In this document: positions 48,677-59,545 of the stretch, one piece after another
Numbering within the stretch: position 1 is the first letter of the stretch
Layout of the letters: each line of letters opens with the position of its first letter
Assembly: GCA_014905635.1 (NCBI GenBank)
Contig: JABVCE010000029.1
Coordinates: 62,001 to 126,000 of the forward strand
Direction: 5' to 3'
Origin: Scenedesmus sp. PABB004
Taxonomy: Eukaryota
DNA: 64,000 bases
Program-made: the position numbers and the translations under genes
Notes under the pieces: generated by a model
Seen by the model: only the letters and a program-made list of their open reading frames with translations
Told to the model about the DNA's origin: nothing
Databases searched by the model: none

Positions 48677-51600
48677 TCAGCCGGCGGTGGGGAGGCTCTG
48701 CGCGGCGCGCGGCGCGAGCGAGGGCACCAGCGATTGGCTGCAGCCGCGGCCCGTGTACTCCAGGTGGCAGAAGCACTTGCCGCGCCAGCAGTAGCCGTTG
48801 GTGCACGCGTCGGGGCAGCCCAGCGTGGGGCACACCGACGCCGCGTTTGGGCAGACCACCTGGCCGCGCTTGAACTTGGTCGGCATGAGCTTGGCCAGGT
48901 CCAGCACCGCGCCTGCGCAGCGGCGGCGGCGGTGGCGGCGGAGCGGCGGCGTCAGCAGCGGCGCGCGGCGGCGGTGGCGCAGTGACGGCCGGCGCGCGGA
49001 GGCAGGGCGCGTGCCGGGCGCCCGCGCGCGGCAGGGAGGCCTCACCGTCGGCGGCGCACGGCAGGCGCGCCACGTCGGTTCGCCCGTCCTTCCCCGGCAG
49101 GCGCAGCAGCACCGCCAGCTTGCCGTCGGCGCCGCATGCGGCCTCCATGCAGAGCGCGCTGCCGTCGTCGCCGCTGCACGCCTCGCCGCCGCCGGGCTTG
49201 GCCGCGCACACGCGCTGCGGCGTGTGGAAGCAGCGCGACGCCGGCGACCCCACCGCGCCGCCGACGGCGGCCATGGTCGCCGCAAAGGCCTGCCGCCCCG
49301 CGCGGTCAAAGCTGCGCCCGTCCTGGCAGTACAGCAGCGGGTGCTCCGCGTCGGCGCGCGCCGTGCTGCACGCCGCGCCGGGGATGGCGGAGCACACGCC
49401 GATGCCGCGGCTGTCGTAGGTGCACACGTCCTTGCCCTCCTGCTCAGAGGAGCAGTAGTAGGTCTGGTGCTTGTGCCCCGCCGCGTACGCGGCGCAGCCG
49501 TCCAGCACAAACCCGCACCCCGCGCCGCGGCCCCACTCCAGCTCCTGCGCGCTCGACTTGTCCGTCACGTACCTGCAGCGGGGCGGGGCGGGGCGGGCGG
49601 GCGCGGGGGGGGGGGGGGGGGGGGGGCAGGGCGGAGCGGAGGTGGTGGGCGCGCGGCACGGGGCGAGGCCGCGCGCGGCGCGGCGCGGCGCGGCGCGGCG
49701 GGGCGGGGCGGGGGCGCACCAGCCGGTGTCGTCCAGGAAGTTGAGCGTGAACTGGCTGATGCGCTTGCGCTGGCTGTCCTCCGCCGACGCGGGCTGCATC
49801 AGCTCGTGCTGCGGCGCGGCGCGGCGCGGGCGGCGGCGGCGTGGGCGCCCGCCCGGCGCGCGACAGCGTCGGTCGACCGCGCGGCGGCGCAGCGGCGGCG
49901 GCGGCCGCCGCCTCTGGCAAACTCACGTTGATGTTGGCCTGGCGCCAGTGGCTGCCCTCGCTCAGCGCGTCGGCCGGCGCGCCGGGCAGGGTGGGGCAGC
50001 CGTAGTACTCGCGCGCAAAGGCCTGCAGCCGCGGCGTGACCAGGAACAGCACCTTGCGCGCCGCGGCCGCCACAAACGCGGCCGCCTCGGCCGACGCGCC
50101 GTACTCGGCCGGCGCCGCGTTGGACAGGGCGCCGCCGCCGCCGCCGCCGCCGTTCCCCGACAGCGCGCCGCTGCCGGCGGCGCTACTGCTGCTGCTGCTG
50201 CTGCTGCTGCTGGCGCCGCCGGCAGCACTGCTGCTGCCGCCGCTGCTGCTGCTGCTGCCGCTGCTGGCGCCGCCGGCAGCACTGCTGCTGCCGCCGGCAC
50301 TGCCATTGCCGCTGCCGGCGACCGCGCCGCCGGCGTGCGCGGCGTCGGCCGCAAACGCGCCGCCGAGGCCGGGCAGCGGCAGGCCGGGCAGCCCGAGCGG
50401 CAGCGGCAGCCCCGGCAGCGTGAACGCGGGCGCCGCGAGCTGGTGCTCCCGGACGACCTCGTCGTACTGCACGCCGCTGGCCGAGTCGTAGAGGAAGGGG
50501 TACATGCGGTCGCTAAACCCCTGCGGGGCGACGGTGAGCCGCGGCCGCGGCGGCGGGCGAGGGTCGGCGCGGGCGGCGCGGCGGGCATCCCTGCGGACGC
50601 GGGCGTCGCCCGGCGGCGCGGCGGCCGCGGACGCGGCGGCGCGGCGGCGGGCGCGCACCAGGCCGTGGATCATCTCGTGCACGAGCGCGGTGACCTGCTT
50701 GCCGCCCGACGGCTCCGCGAGGGCCCAGAACTTGGGGCAGAGGTTGATCGCGGCGACGTTGGGCCGGTAGGTGAAGGGCTCGAGGTGGCAGATGATGGTG
50801 TAGGCGATGATGTTGTCGCTGCAGCTCCCGCTGGCCAGCGCGGTCACATAGTAGACCTGGTCGGTGCCGTTGAACCCCGCGCCTGCGCGGGTCGAGGCGC
50901 GGCGGGCGTCAGTGGAGGAGGGCGGCGGCGGAGGGGGCGAGGGCGGGCGTGGGAGGGAGGGGCGCGGGCAAGCGCGGGGCGCGGCAGCGCGGCGGCGGCG
51001 GCGCACCCTTGAACACCGCGCTCGCATCGGCCTCGCCGCAGTACTGGTCGATTGACTCGCGCACCGCGCGGATGGGGCGCGAGCTCGGGATGCGCACCTG
51101 CGCGCCCCCGCGGCGCGGCCGCGGCGGCCGGGCGCTCGGGCGGCGGCGCTGCGCGCGTCCGCGCCCCCACGCGCCCCCACGCGCCCCCACGCGCCCGCAT
51201 CCGGCCGCGCGGGGCGCCGCGCCCACCTGCACGTGCGCCTGCAGCACCGCGATCGCGCCCGGCAGCAGCACCTGCTTCAGGTGCGCCGTCTGCGCCGCGT
51301 CCATGTAGCCCGCCTCCAGCTGGTACACGGGCGTGATGCGCATGCGCGCCGGCTCCGAGAGCGCGAGCAGCTTCTGCAGGCGCGTGAGCGGCTGGCCCGC
51401 CGCAGGCGCCCCCGCCGCCGTCGACAGCGTCACGCCTGCGCGCGCCGCCCGCTGCTGCGCGAGCCGCCGCGCCGAGCGCCGCGCCGCGTGGCCTTCGCCG
51501 AGCAGCTTGTTCAGCTGCTCCGTCTGGCGGTGCCGCACGGCGTTGAGGCCGCACGCGTGCTCGCCGTGGCCTGCGGGAGGGCGCGGGGAAGGGGGGCGCC

Positions 51601-51869
51601 CGCGACGCCGCTCGGCGCGGCCCGCCAGCACGCCGGGGACGCGCCCGCGCCCCCGCGCGGCGCCAGGCCGGCCCCTCAGCGCGCCGGCGCGCGCCCACGC
51701 GCGGGGGCGGGCGGCCAGCGCTGCGCAGCGCCTGCCAACCCGCCGGGGCCCGATCGCGCGCCGCCCCCTGGCCTGGCGCGCCGCGCGCACCTTGGGCGCC
51801 ACGATGCCCCGCCAGCGCCAGCAGCAGCGCCAGCAGCAGCGCGCCAGCAGCGGGAGCGCCGCGCGCCAT
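48677..51869 (-). CDS. Secreted leishmanolysin-like M8 metallopeptidase with C-terminal EGF-like domain
   Basis: Signal peptide, HACG propeptide, RPNVAAINLCP, HEMIHGL|GFS, AREYYGC, GSHW, ELMQP, LDDTGWY, WGRGAGCGF, CTNGYCWRGKCFCHLEYTGRGC. Confidence 0.9.
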
Positions 51870-52881
51870 GCCCCCCGCGGCGCCGCGGCGCCCGCCGCGC
51901 CGCCCGTGGCACGACAACGCGACGACGTCGACCTGAATCCGCGCGCCTGGGGCCGCCTGAGCGGGCGGCGCTAGAGGGAGGCGAGCTGCTGCTGCCCTCT
52001 CTTGACGGCTGGCGCGGCCGTCTACGTTTGCGGGCTACGCCGGCCAGCCGGACGGACGCGGAGAGTGCGGGCGCGAGGGGCGCGGGCGGGGCATCACCAC
52101 CGGCGCGCGCTTGTTACTTTCCTGGCTCGCAGCGCCTGCGACGTGGGCGGAACGCATGCACCTCGCCGATGCCGCCGGCCGGAGGGCCGCCGCCGCCGCC
52201 CGCCGCCGCCGGCCGCGCCGCCGCCGCGCGCTTCGCTCGGTGACGCCCGCGCCGCGCGCGAACGAAGCAACCACAACCCCTCCCCCGTCGCCGGCAGTCA
52301 CGCCAGAGTGAGGGCGTGAAGCAGCAGCTGGCTGCGCGCGCGAGGGAGAGAGCCGCTGCGCGTCGCCGGCCGGCGGCGTGCTGGCTGCGAACCACGCCGG
52401 CTGCAGCGCGCGGGCGCTCCCACGTCGTTCGTTACTGAGCAGCGCCGGTCAAAGTTGCAGTGAATCAATGCGGCCGGCAGCAGGGAGGCGATGATGAAAA
52501 ATCGAGCGGCGCTCACGGGAGCGCCGCCAACGCGCGCAGGTGCATGAAATGCGGCGGCCATGGCGGCCTGCCGGGTGCAGCGGCCGGGACAGCGCGGCCA
52601 GCTGCTCCACCGCAGAAGGAACGCCCCACAATAAGAACGCTGGTTTGCAAAACCATGTCAAACCAATTGGTTTGACCCGCCGCGCACGCGCGCGGCGGGC
52701 GGCAGCGGCGCCGCGCGCACCAGTGCGCGGCGTCCGCTCGTGCTTGCGCCCCCCCCCCCTCACTCTTCCCCTCTCGCGCCCGCATGGGCGCCAGCGCTCT
52801 GCAGCAATTGCTGCAGAGTGTGTGTTAACACACACACCGCGCGCGGCGCCCTGCACAGTGACAGTGACGCGCGCGGCGCGC

Positions 52882-53987
52882 TCACGCGTCAAAGCCGCGC
52901 TGGCCCTGCACGCGCACGGGCGCGTCGCGCGACGAGCGGGCCATCGCGCCGACCTCGTTGCCCCAGGCCATGGCGACGGGGCCGTCGCCCATACCGGTGA
53001 CGGCGGCGGAGTTGTGGGACACGTCCGTGAAGGCGACGCTGCCGCTGTTGACCACGGTGCCTGCGCGGCACGCGCAGATGGCGCACGGGTGGGCAGGGGC
53101 CGTGCCGCGCGGCGAGCGCGCGCGCGCGCGAGCGCGCGGCGCGGCCGGCCGCCCCCGCGCGGCGCGCACCCGGCCTGAAGGTGGCGCTGTTGGCCGCGAC
53201 GGCGGCGCCGTGCTCGGCGGTGTGGTGCGTGCCGGAGCCCGCGACCGCGCGCGCGCCGGTCTCGGTGGCGGCGATGACCTCGAGCCCGTGGTTTGCCGAG
53301 GCCTCGCCCTGGGTGTTGCCTGCGCGGCGCGGGCGGCGCTGCCGTCAGCCAGCGGCGGTGGCGGCGAGCGGGGCAGGGGCAGGGGCGCGGCGCGGCGCGG
53401 CGCGGCGCGGCGGCGCACCCGTCTTGATGGTCACGCCGCCGCCGGGCAGCGCGGCGGTGGAGGCGCTCGCGCGGGGCCGGGGACCAGGTCCCCCGACACC
53501 ACGGTGCGCCCTGCGGCCGGGCGGGCGGGCGGACGGGGTCGGTCGCACGCAGCGCGCGGCGCGGCGCAGCACACGGCGCGGCGGTTGTGCAGGCAGGGCG
53601 CCCCAGCGCCGCGCGCGCACCGGCGTTGTAGCGGATGCCTTTGGTCTGCGAGCCGGTGCCGGCCTCGGCCTTGTCGGCGATGGCGAAGATGCCGCTGGGC
53701 CGCTGCCCGCGCACGCTGGTGTAGGTCTCCTGGCGCAGCACGCGCGCGCCGCGCGCCGCGGCGACGCCTGCGCAGGCGGCGCGGGCGCGGCGGCGCGGCG
53801 CGTGGGCCGGCGGGCGCGCGTGCGCCGGCGGGCGCGCGGGGGCGCGGGTGCGGGCGCCGCGATGCGCAGGGCGTGCGGCGGCGGGCCAGAGCGGCCCCGC
53901 CAGGCGCCGGGCGCGTTTGACCGCGCCGTGGCGCTCACCCAGCAGCAGCAGGGCCAGCGTGGCGCAGGTGAAGGCGGAGCAGCGCAT
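52882..53987 (-). CDS. Small secreted Gly/Ala/Thr/Ser/Val-rich protein; 5 exons
   Basis: Signal peptide MRCSAFTCATLALLLLG; consistent GT-AG exon chain ending QRGFDA*. Confidence 0.65.
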
Positions 53988-54690
53988 GGTGGCGGCTCGG
54001 GCGTGGGCCGGCAGCGCCTGCGGGGCGGTCGGCAGGCGGCGCAGGCGGTCAGCGCCGCGGCGGCGAACAGCAGCGCCCGCGTGCGCGCTGCAGCGGCCGC
54101 TGCGTGGGACTCTGCGCTGATCAGCGGTGGGAGGGCGCTCGGGAGCGTGTGCCCACGCGCGCACCTGGGGCAGGGGGCTTGAGGGTGGGCAGCAGATCGG
54201 CGGAGAAGGACTCGACGTGGCTGTGCGGGCAGGATGCTGTGCGCGGGCAGCGCGCGGGCCCGCTTTTATGCTGAATGTCGCAGGCGGGACGCGCGTGACC
54301 GCCTGCTTTGGCGCGGGCCGCGTCCGGGACCTGGCCCCACTAGGCCGGCGCCTGCGCGCGGCGCAGGCAACGCGCGGCGGCGCCCGATCGGCCTGCCGTG
54401 GGGCCGCAGAGCGCGGCGCATGGCGATGGCATGGCGCTCCGCGCCCCGGCATGGCGAAAACGGGCGCGGCGGCCGGCCGATCGCGCGGGCGTTTGACCGC
54501 GGCAGCGTTTGACCGCCGCGCTCGCCCACGCCTGGGCGCCTGCGTGTCACAGCAGCGCCGAGCAGCCCCCTCCGCCCTCCCCCCTGCAGCGCACCAGCTG
54601 CCAGCGCAGCGCGCGCGCGGCCGGCAGCGGCGGCGGCCGGCTGCCGGGCGCCTCTGCCGGCCGCGCCGCGCCGCCGCGCCGCGCCCGCCG

Positions 54691-55321
54691 CTACGACCGC
54701 GCGCCGGCGGGGAGCCGGATCAGCGACAGCTCCGCGCAGCACGCGGGCACGCCCTCGCTGACCTCCTGCGCGTAGGTCGCGTAGCCGAGCTGCGCGAGGT
54801 GCGCGAGCACGAGCGCGAGCGCCGCGGGCGTGCGCGGCGCGTCGGCCGCCATCGCGCCGAGCCAGCGGTCCAGCCAGCGCTTGAAGCCGTCAGACTTAGA
54901 TCGCGACACGCTGTCGTTGCCGCTCACGCGCACGTGCAGCTCGACCGCGAGCTCGGCCGGCAGGGTCGCGTCGCCGGGGCGCCACTCGGCGAGCAGCGGA
55001 TACTCATGGCCCTCCACGTCAATCTTCAGCAGGTCCACGCGCGCGTGGCCGAGCGACGCGGTGACGTTGGCCCAGCTGCGGTGGCCCCGCGCCGGCGCGC
55101 CGACGCACCAGCGGTGGAACGCGTGCCGCGGGCCGCGCGACGCGCCCGCGTACGTACAGTCCAGTGTGTGAACCTCGCACGGGGTCTTTTCGAGCATCGC
55201 GTCCTCAAACTGCCACAGCCCTGAGCGGCGCGAGCGGGGCGGCGGCGCGGGCGCAGGGGGTTGGCCCGCGCCACGGCGAGGGTGCCCGCGCCGGCGGACC
55301 GCGCCGGCCGCGCAGCGCGCC

Positions 55322-55356
<35 letters not shown>

Positions 55357-55822
55357 TACCTTTGCTGCCGAAGCTGTAGATCACGCAGCCGGGCCGCGAC
55401 AGCGCGCCGCCGGGGGCCGACACGTCGCAGAGCAGCTTGGAGCCGTCCTTCGTGCCGCCGTAGCGCGTGAGCGGCCGGCCGGGCGGGCACGACACGGCGG
55501 GCGCAAAGAGCGCCCACGTCGCCGGCGTCATGCCGTCGCCCGGCAGCGGGCCTGCGACCGCAAAGTGGGGCACCAGCGACGCGAGCAGCCCGGCGCGCCA
55601 GGCCGACAGGTTGGCCGCCGCCGCCGCCGCCCAGGCCGCGGGCGGGTCACGGGGCACGCCCATCATGCGCACGTAGCCGCGCGGCGGCCGCGCCCCCGCC
55701 AGCGCCGAGTGGCCCGCGGCCGCGACCAGCAGCAGGCCCGCCGCCGCCGCTGCCAGCCGCTGCCAGCCGCCAGCCGCTGCCAGCCGCGACCAGCGCTGCC
55801 AGCCGCGCCGCGGCGGCTCCAT
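54691..55822 (-). CDS. METTL24-like (Methyltransf_22/FkbM-type) SAM methyltransferase, type II membrane anchor; 2 exons
   Basis: RYGGTKDGSKLLC, CVIYSFGS, FED, CEVHTLD, LGHARVDLLKIDVEGHEY, ELAVELH, CCAELSL. Confidence 0.82.
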
Positions 55823-56200
55823 GGGGCCCCTTCGCCCCCCGCGCGGCCGTGCGGCTCCAGCGCGCGGAAAGACTCCGAACTGACCGCTGGGAGCTCGCGT
55901 CGACGGCGGCGGCGGCGGCGGCGGTGGCGGCACCGACGCGACGCTGCTGCTGCCGCCCGACGCTGCGCGGGCCGGCGCGGGGCTGTGACTGGCGCGGTCG
56001 TGCTCGGAGTGGTGCCAAGATCGCCGACGGCTGCGCGGGGCGCTCGGATTGGCTGCTCAGCGATCGGCGGCGGGCGGTTGAGGCGCCGCGGTTGCACGCG
56101 GTTGAGGGCGCCGCGGTTGCAGGCGCCGCGCGCCCTCCCAGATTCCCAGAGCCCCCGCCCGCCTACGCGCCCAGCAATCCCCCGGCCGCCGCCGGGGGCG

Positions 56201-59200
56201 TCAGCGCCGCGACGGCGCGGCCGCCGCCTCGAGGCTCGCCGCGACCGCGGCCGGCTCCTTGCTCGGCACGTCGGCGAGGCCGAGCTGCTCGAGCAGGCGC
56301 TGCCAGCGCAGCGGCTCCTCGTCAAAGATGTACGTCATGGGCTGCACCAGCACGCCGCTGCCGCCGAGCTGCGCGCGCGCGCACGCAGCGGCGCGGCGGC
56401 GCGGCGCGGCGCGGCGCGGCGGCGCGGCGCGGCGCGGGCCGCGTCAGCGTCGTCGCGCGCGCTCTGCCGCCAGACGCTCAACCGCGCGCAGCGCCCCCGC
56501 GCAGCGGCGCCCACCGCGCAGCGCCCCGCACCTTCTGTATGGCCTTGACGCTGGGGTAGAGGTTTTTCTTGGCCACGCAGATGACGCAGGCGTAGAAGCC
56601 GTGCGTCGCCGCGGCGCCGCCGCTCGCGCCCGCGGCGAGGCTGTACACGGGCGAGATGGTGGGGCCCTGGGGGTGTGCGTGTGTGTGGGTGTGTGGGGGG
56701 GGGGGGGGGGAGGGTGTGAGGCGGGTCAGGGAGGGGTGGGCGAGGGAGGGGCAGGAGAGGGACTGCGTGCGCGGCGCTGTGCTGTGAGTGCGGGTGCTGC
56801 GCGTGGCGGTCCCCCACACCCACCCACTCACACACACACCCACACGCACCTGCAGGCCGCGCAGGCCCTCCTCGTTCATCAGCAGCGTCGCGACCTCCTC
56901 GGGGCTGCCGCCGCGCATGTTGGCGATCACTGCGCGCGGGGGGGGGGGGGGGGGGGGGGTGAGCGCGGGGGCGCCGCCGCCACGCACCCGGGCAGCCCGC
57001 CCGCGCGCGCGCGCCCGGCTCCGCTCAGAGCCCCCCCCCCCCCCCCCCCCTTCCCCCACACCCACCCACCCACACCCACCCACCCACCCACCCACCCACA
57101 CAGCCCCCTCCCTCCCTCCCTCACCCGAGTAGTACTGCTCCGCCTTGAGGTGCGCGTCGAGGCGCTCCAGCAGCTCGTGCAGCACCGGCAGCAGCTGCCC
57201 GGGGCGGTCGAGCAGCGCGCGCCGGTTGGCGACGAGCACGCCCTGGGAGTCGAGGATGCGGCCGCCCTCGATCTCACGCAGGTTGTTCTCCTTCAGCGTC
57301 ACGCCTGGCGCGTGGGGTTTAGAGAGGGTTCACAGGGTTTGAGTCAGTCAGAGGGCCGGGGCGGTTCAGGGGTTTTGGCGGCGGCGGTGCTGCGGGAGTC
57401 GCGCGGGGCGCGGGGCCGCGCGGGGCGCGGGGCCGCGCGGCGCCGCCGTGCGCTGCGTCCCCGTGCGAGCCCCGTCTCTGCCCCCTGAGCCCCGGCCCCC
57501 CTCTGCCCCGCGACCGCCGCCGCTATCCGCCGCCGCTGCCATTCAAACGCCGCCGTTGTCAGCCGCCGCCGCTGTCACCCGCCGCACCCGTTGAGACAAG
57601 GTCCAGGATGATGTCGGCGCAGCCCATCGCGGGCGCGGCCTCGAGCGCGCCGTCGGCGGTGAGCAGCGCGACGTGCTGGAAGCCGGCGCCGTCGAAGAAG
57701 CGCTTGGCGATCGCGTGGTAGCCTGGCCCCGGGGTTTAGGGGGGGTGTAGGGGGGTTACGTGTGTGTGTGGGGAGGGGGGTGACGGAGCGCGAGAGATGG
57801 AGCGCGGCAGCAGGAGGGCGGGGCGGAGGGAGGGAGGGAGAGGGAGCGAAAGAGAGAGAGAGAGAGGAGGCAGAGGTGCACGCGCGCCCCACGCAGCGCC
57901 CAGCGCGCACCCGTGACGACGCGCAGCGGCGTCTCCTCGGTCCAGCAGTCCATGTCGCGCAGCTGCTCCAGGCTGTCCACGCCCGCAAAGCGCCCGCCGC
58001 TGGGCACGCCGAGCGCGAGGTAGCAGTGCCCAAAGCCCAGCGCCTCGTGCACGACGACCAAGTCGCTGCGCGCAGGTGAGTGGGCGGGCGGGCACGCGGG
58101 TGGGTGGGCGCGTTGATTGGGGCGGGCGGCCGACTGCGCCCGCACGCGGCGGCGCGCCCGCGCTCGACATGCGCTGCCGCGCCTGCTCTCAAACCCATCT
58201 AAACCTCGGCCCCCGCGCCCGCGCCTAAACCGCCACAGCCCCGCCTAAACCGCCCGGGCCCCGCACCTGTCGCCGTCCCCGATCTCGCTGAACATGTCGT
58301 ACCCCACGATGCCGAGGTCGATGTCACCGAGGCGCAGCTTGCGCACGACGTCGCTCGCGCGCTGAAACCACACCTCCACGCCCGGGATCTGCGCGGCCGC
58401 GACCGCGGCGCGGGGGAGGAGGGGGTTGGGGGAGGGGGAGGAGGGAGGTTGGGAGAGGTATGGCAGCGGCGCGCGGGCGGCGAGCGAGCGAGCAAGGCGA
58501 GCGGGCGAGGTGGCGAGGGCGAGGTGGCGAGCGCAGGCGCGCCTGCGGGATCTTGGCGACGTACTGCCGCGGGTTGGGCTTGTACACCGACAGCGCGCAC
58601 TCCTGGGAGAGGGGGGGGGGAAGGGCGGCGTTGGGGCGGACCCCCCGGGGGTCGCGCTGCTGGCGGCGGCGGCGGGTGCGCTCGCCGAGCGCAGCCGCCC
58701 GTGATGGCGTGCGCGCTGCATTGGCCGCCGCGCGCGCCCCGCCGCCGGCACCGCCGCGCTGGTCGCAGCGCGGGCGCGGGCGCCGCCGCCGCTGCTGCGG
58801 GCGGGCACCCGCGGCCGCGGGCCGGCCGACGCTCGCGGCGGCGCACCTTGAGCAGCTGCATCGTGTCCTCCGCCATGCGGCCCTTGCTGGGCAGGCCCAG
58901 GCGGATGGAGTCCCGGGGGATGGGCTTGGGCAGCTTGGTGACTGCGCGGCGTGAGAGAGGGAGGCGCCGCGCTCGGTCGCGGCGCAGCTGCCGCGGCGGC
59001 CGCGGCGCGGCGCGGCGCGGCCGGCGCGCCCACCCGTGTGCACGTCATCGCGGCGGATGAGGCTGGCCGCCACCACGAGGCGCGCGGGGCCGCGCAGGGC
59101 CGCCTGGCGCGCGCTGGCGCCTCCCGCCCGGCCGCGCGGTGCTGCTGCCGCCCGCGCCGGCGCGCCCGCGCGGGGCGGCGCGGCCGCGGCCGCGCCGCGG

Positions 59201-59226
59201 GTCGCCTGCTGCTGCTTGAGCATCAT
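56201..59226 (-). CDS. HISN1: ATP phosphoribosyltransferase (long HisG), plastid-targeted
   Basis: [95 protein letters not shown]. Confidence 0.94.
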
Positions 59227-59545
59227 CTTGCGGCGCGGGGCAGCAATTCGGGCGCCCGCCGCCCGGCGGGTGAGCGATGAGGCCGGGACGGCGCTGCGGG
59301 GCGCGGCAATGCGTGGTGGGACGTGCCGCGGTCGGGAGAGATGGCGCGACGGTGCGGCGGGCCTGATGCGGCACGGCGGGCGGTGCTGTCACATGAAAAA
59401 GAACACAAAGCCGATGCCGCGACGCCACCGCGCGCCGTCGCGGCCCCACAGCCCTGGTGCACGCTCTCGCAGCCCTCCCAGGCCGCGCACGGGCCGCGCC
59501 GACCGCAGGACGCCCCGCCCCGCGCGCGGCGCGGCGCACGCGAGC

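Noticed and set aside
52490..52530. ATGATGA box C-like motif followed by a hairpin
   Set aside because: No downstream D box at a suitable distance and no recognised rRNA complement
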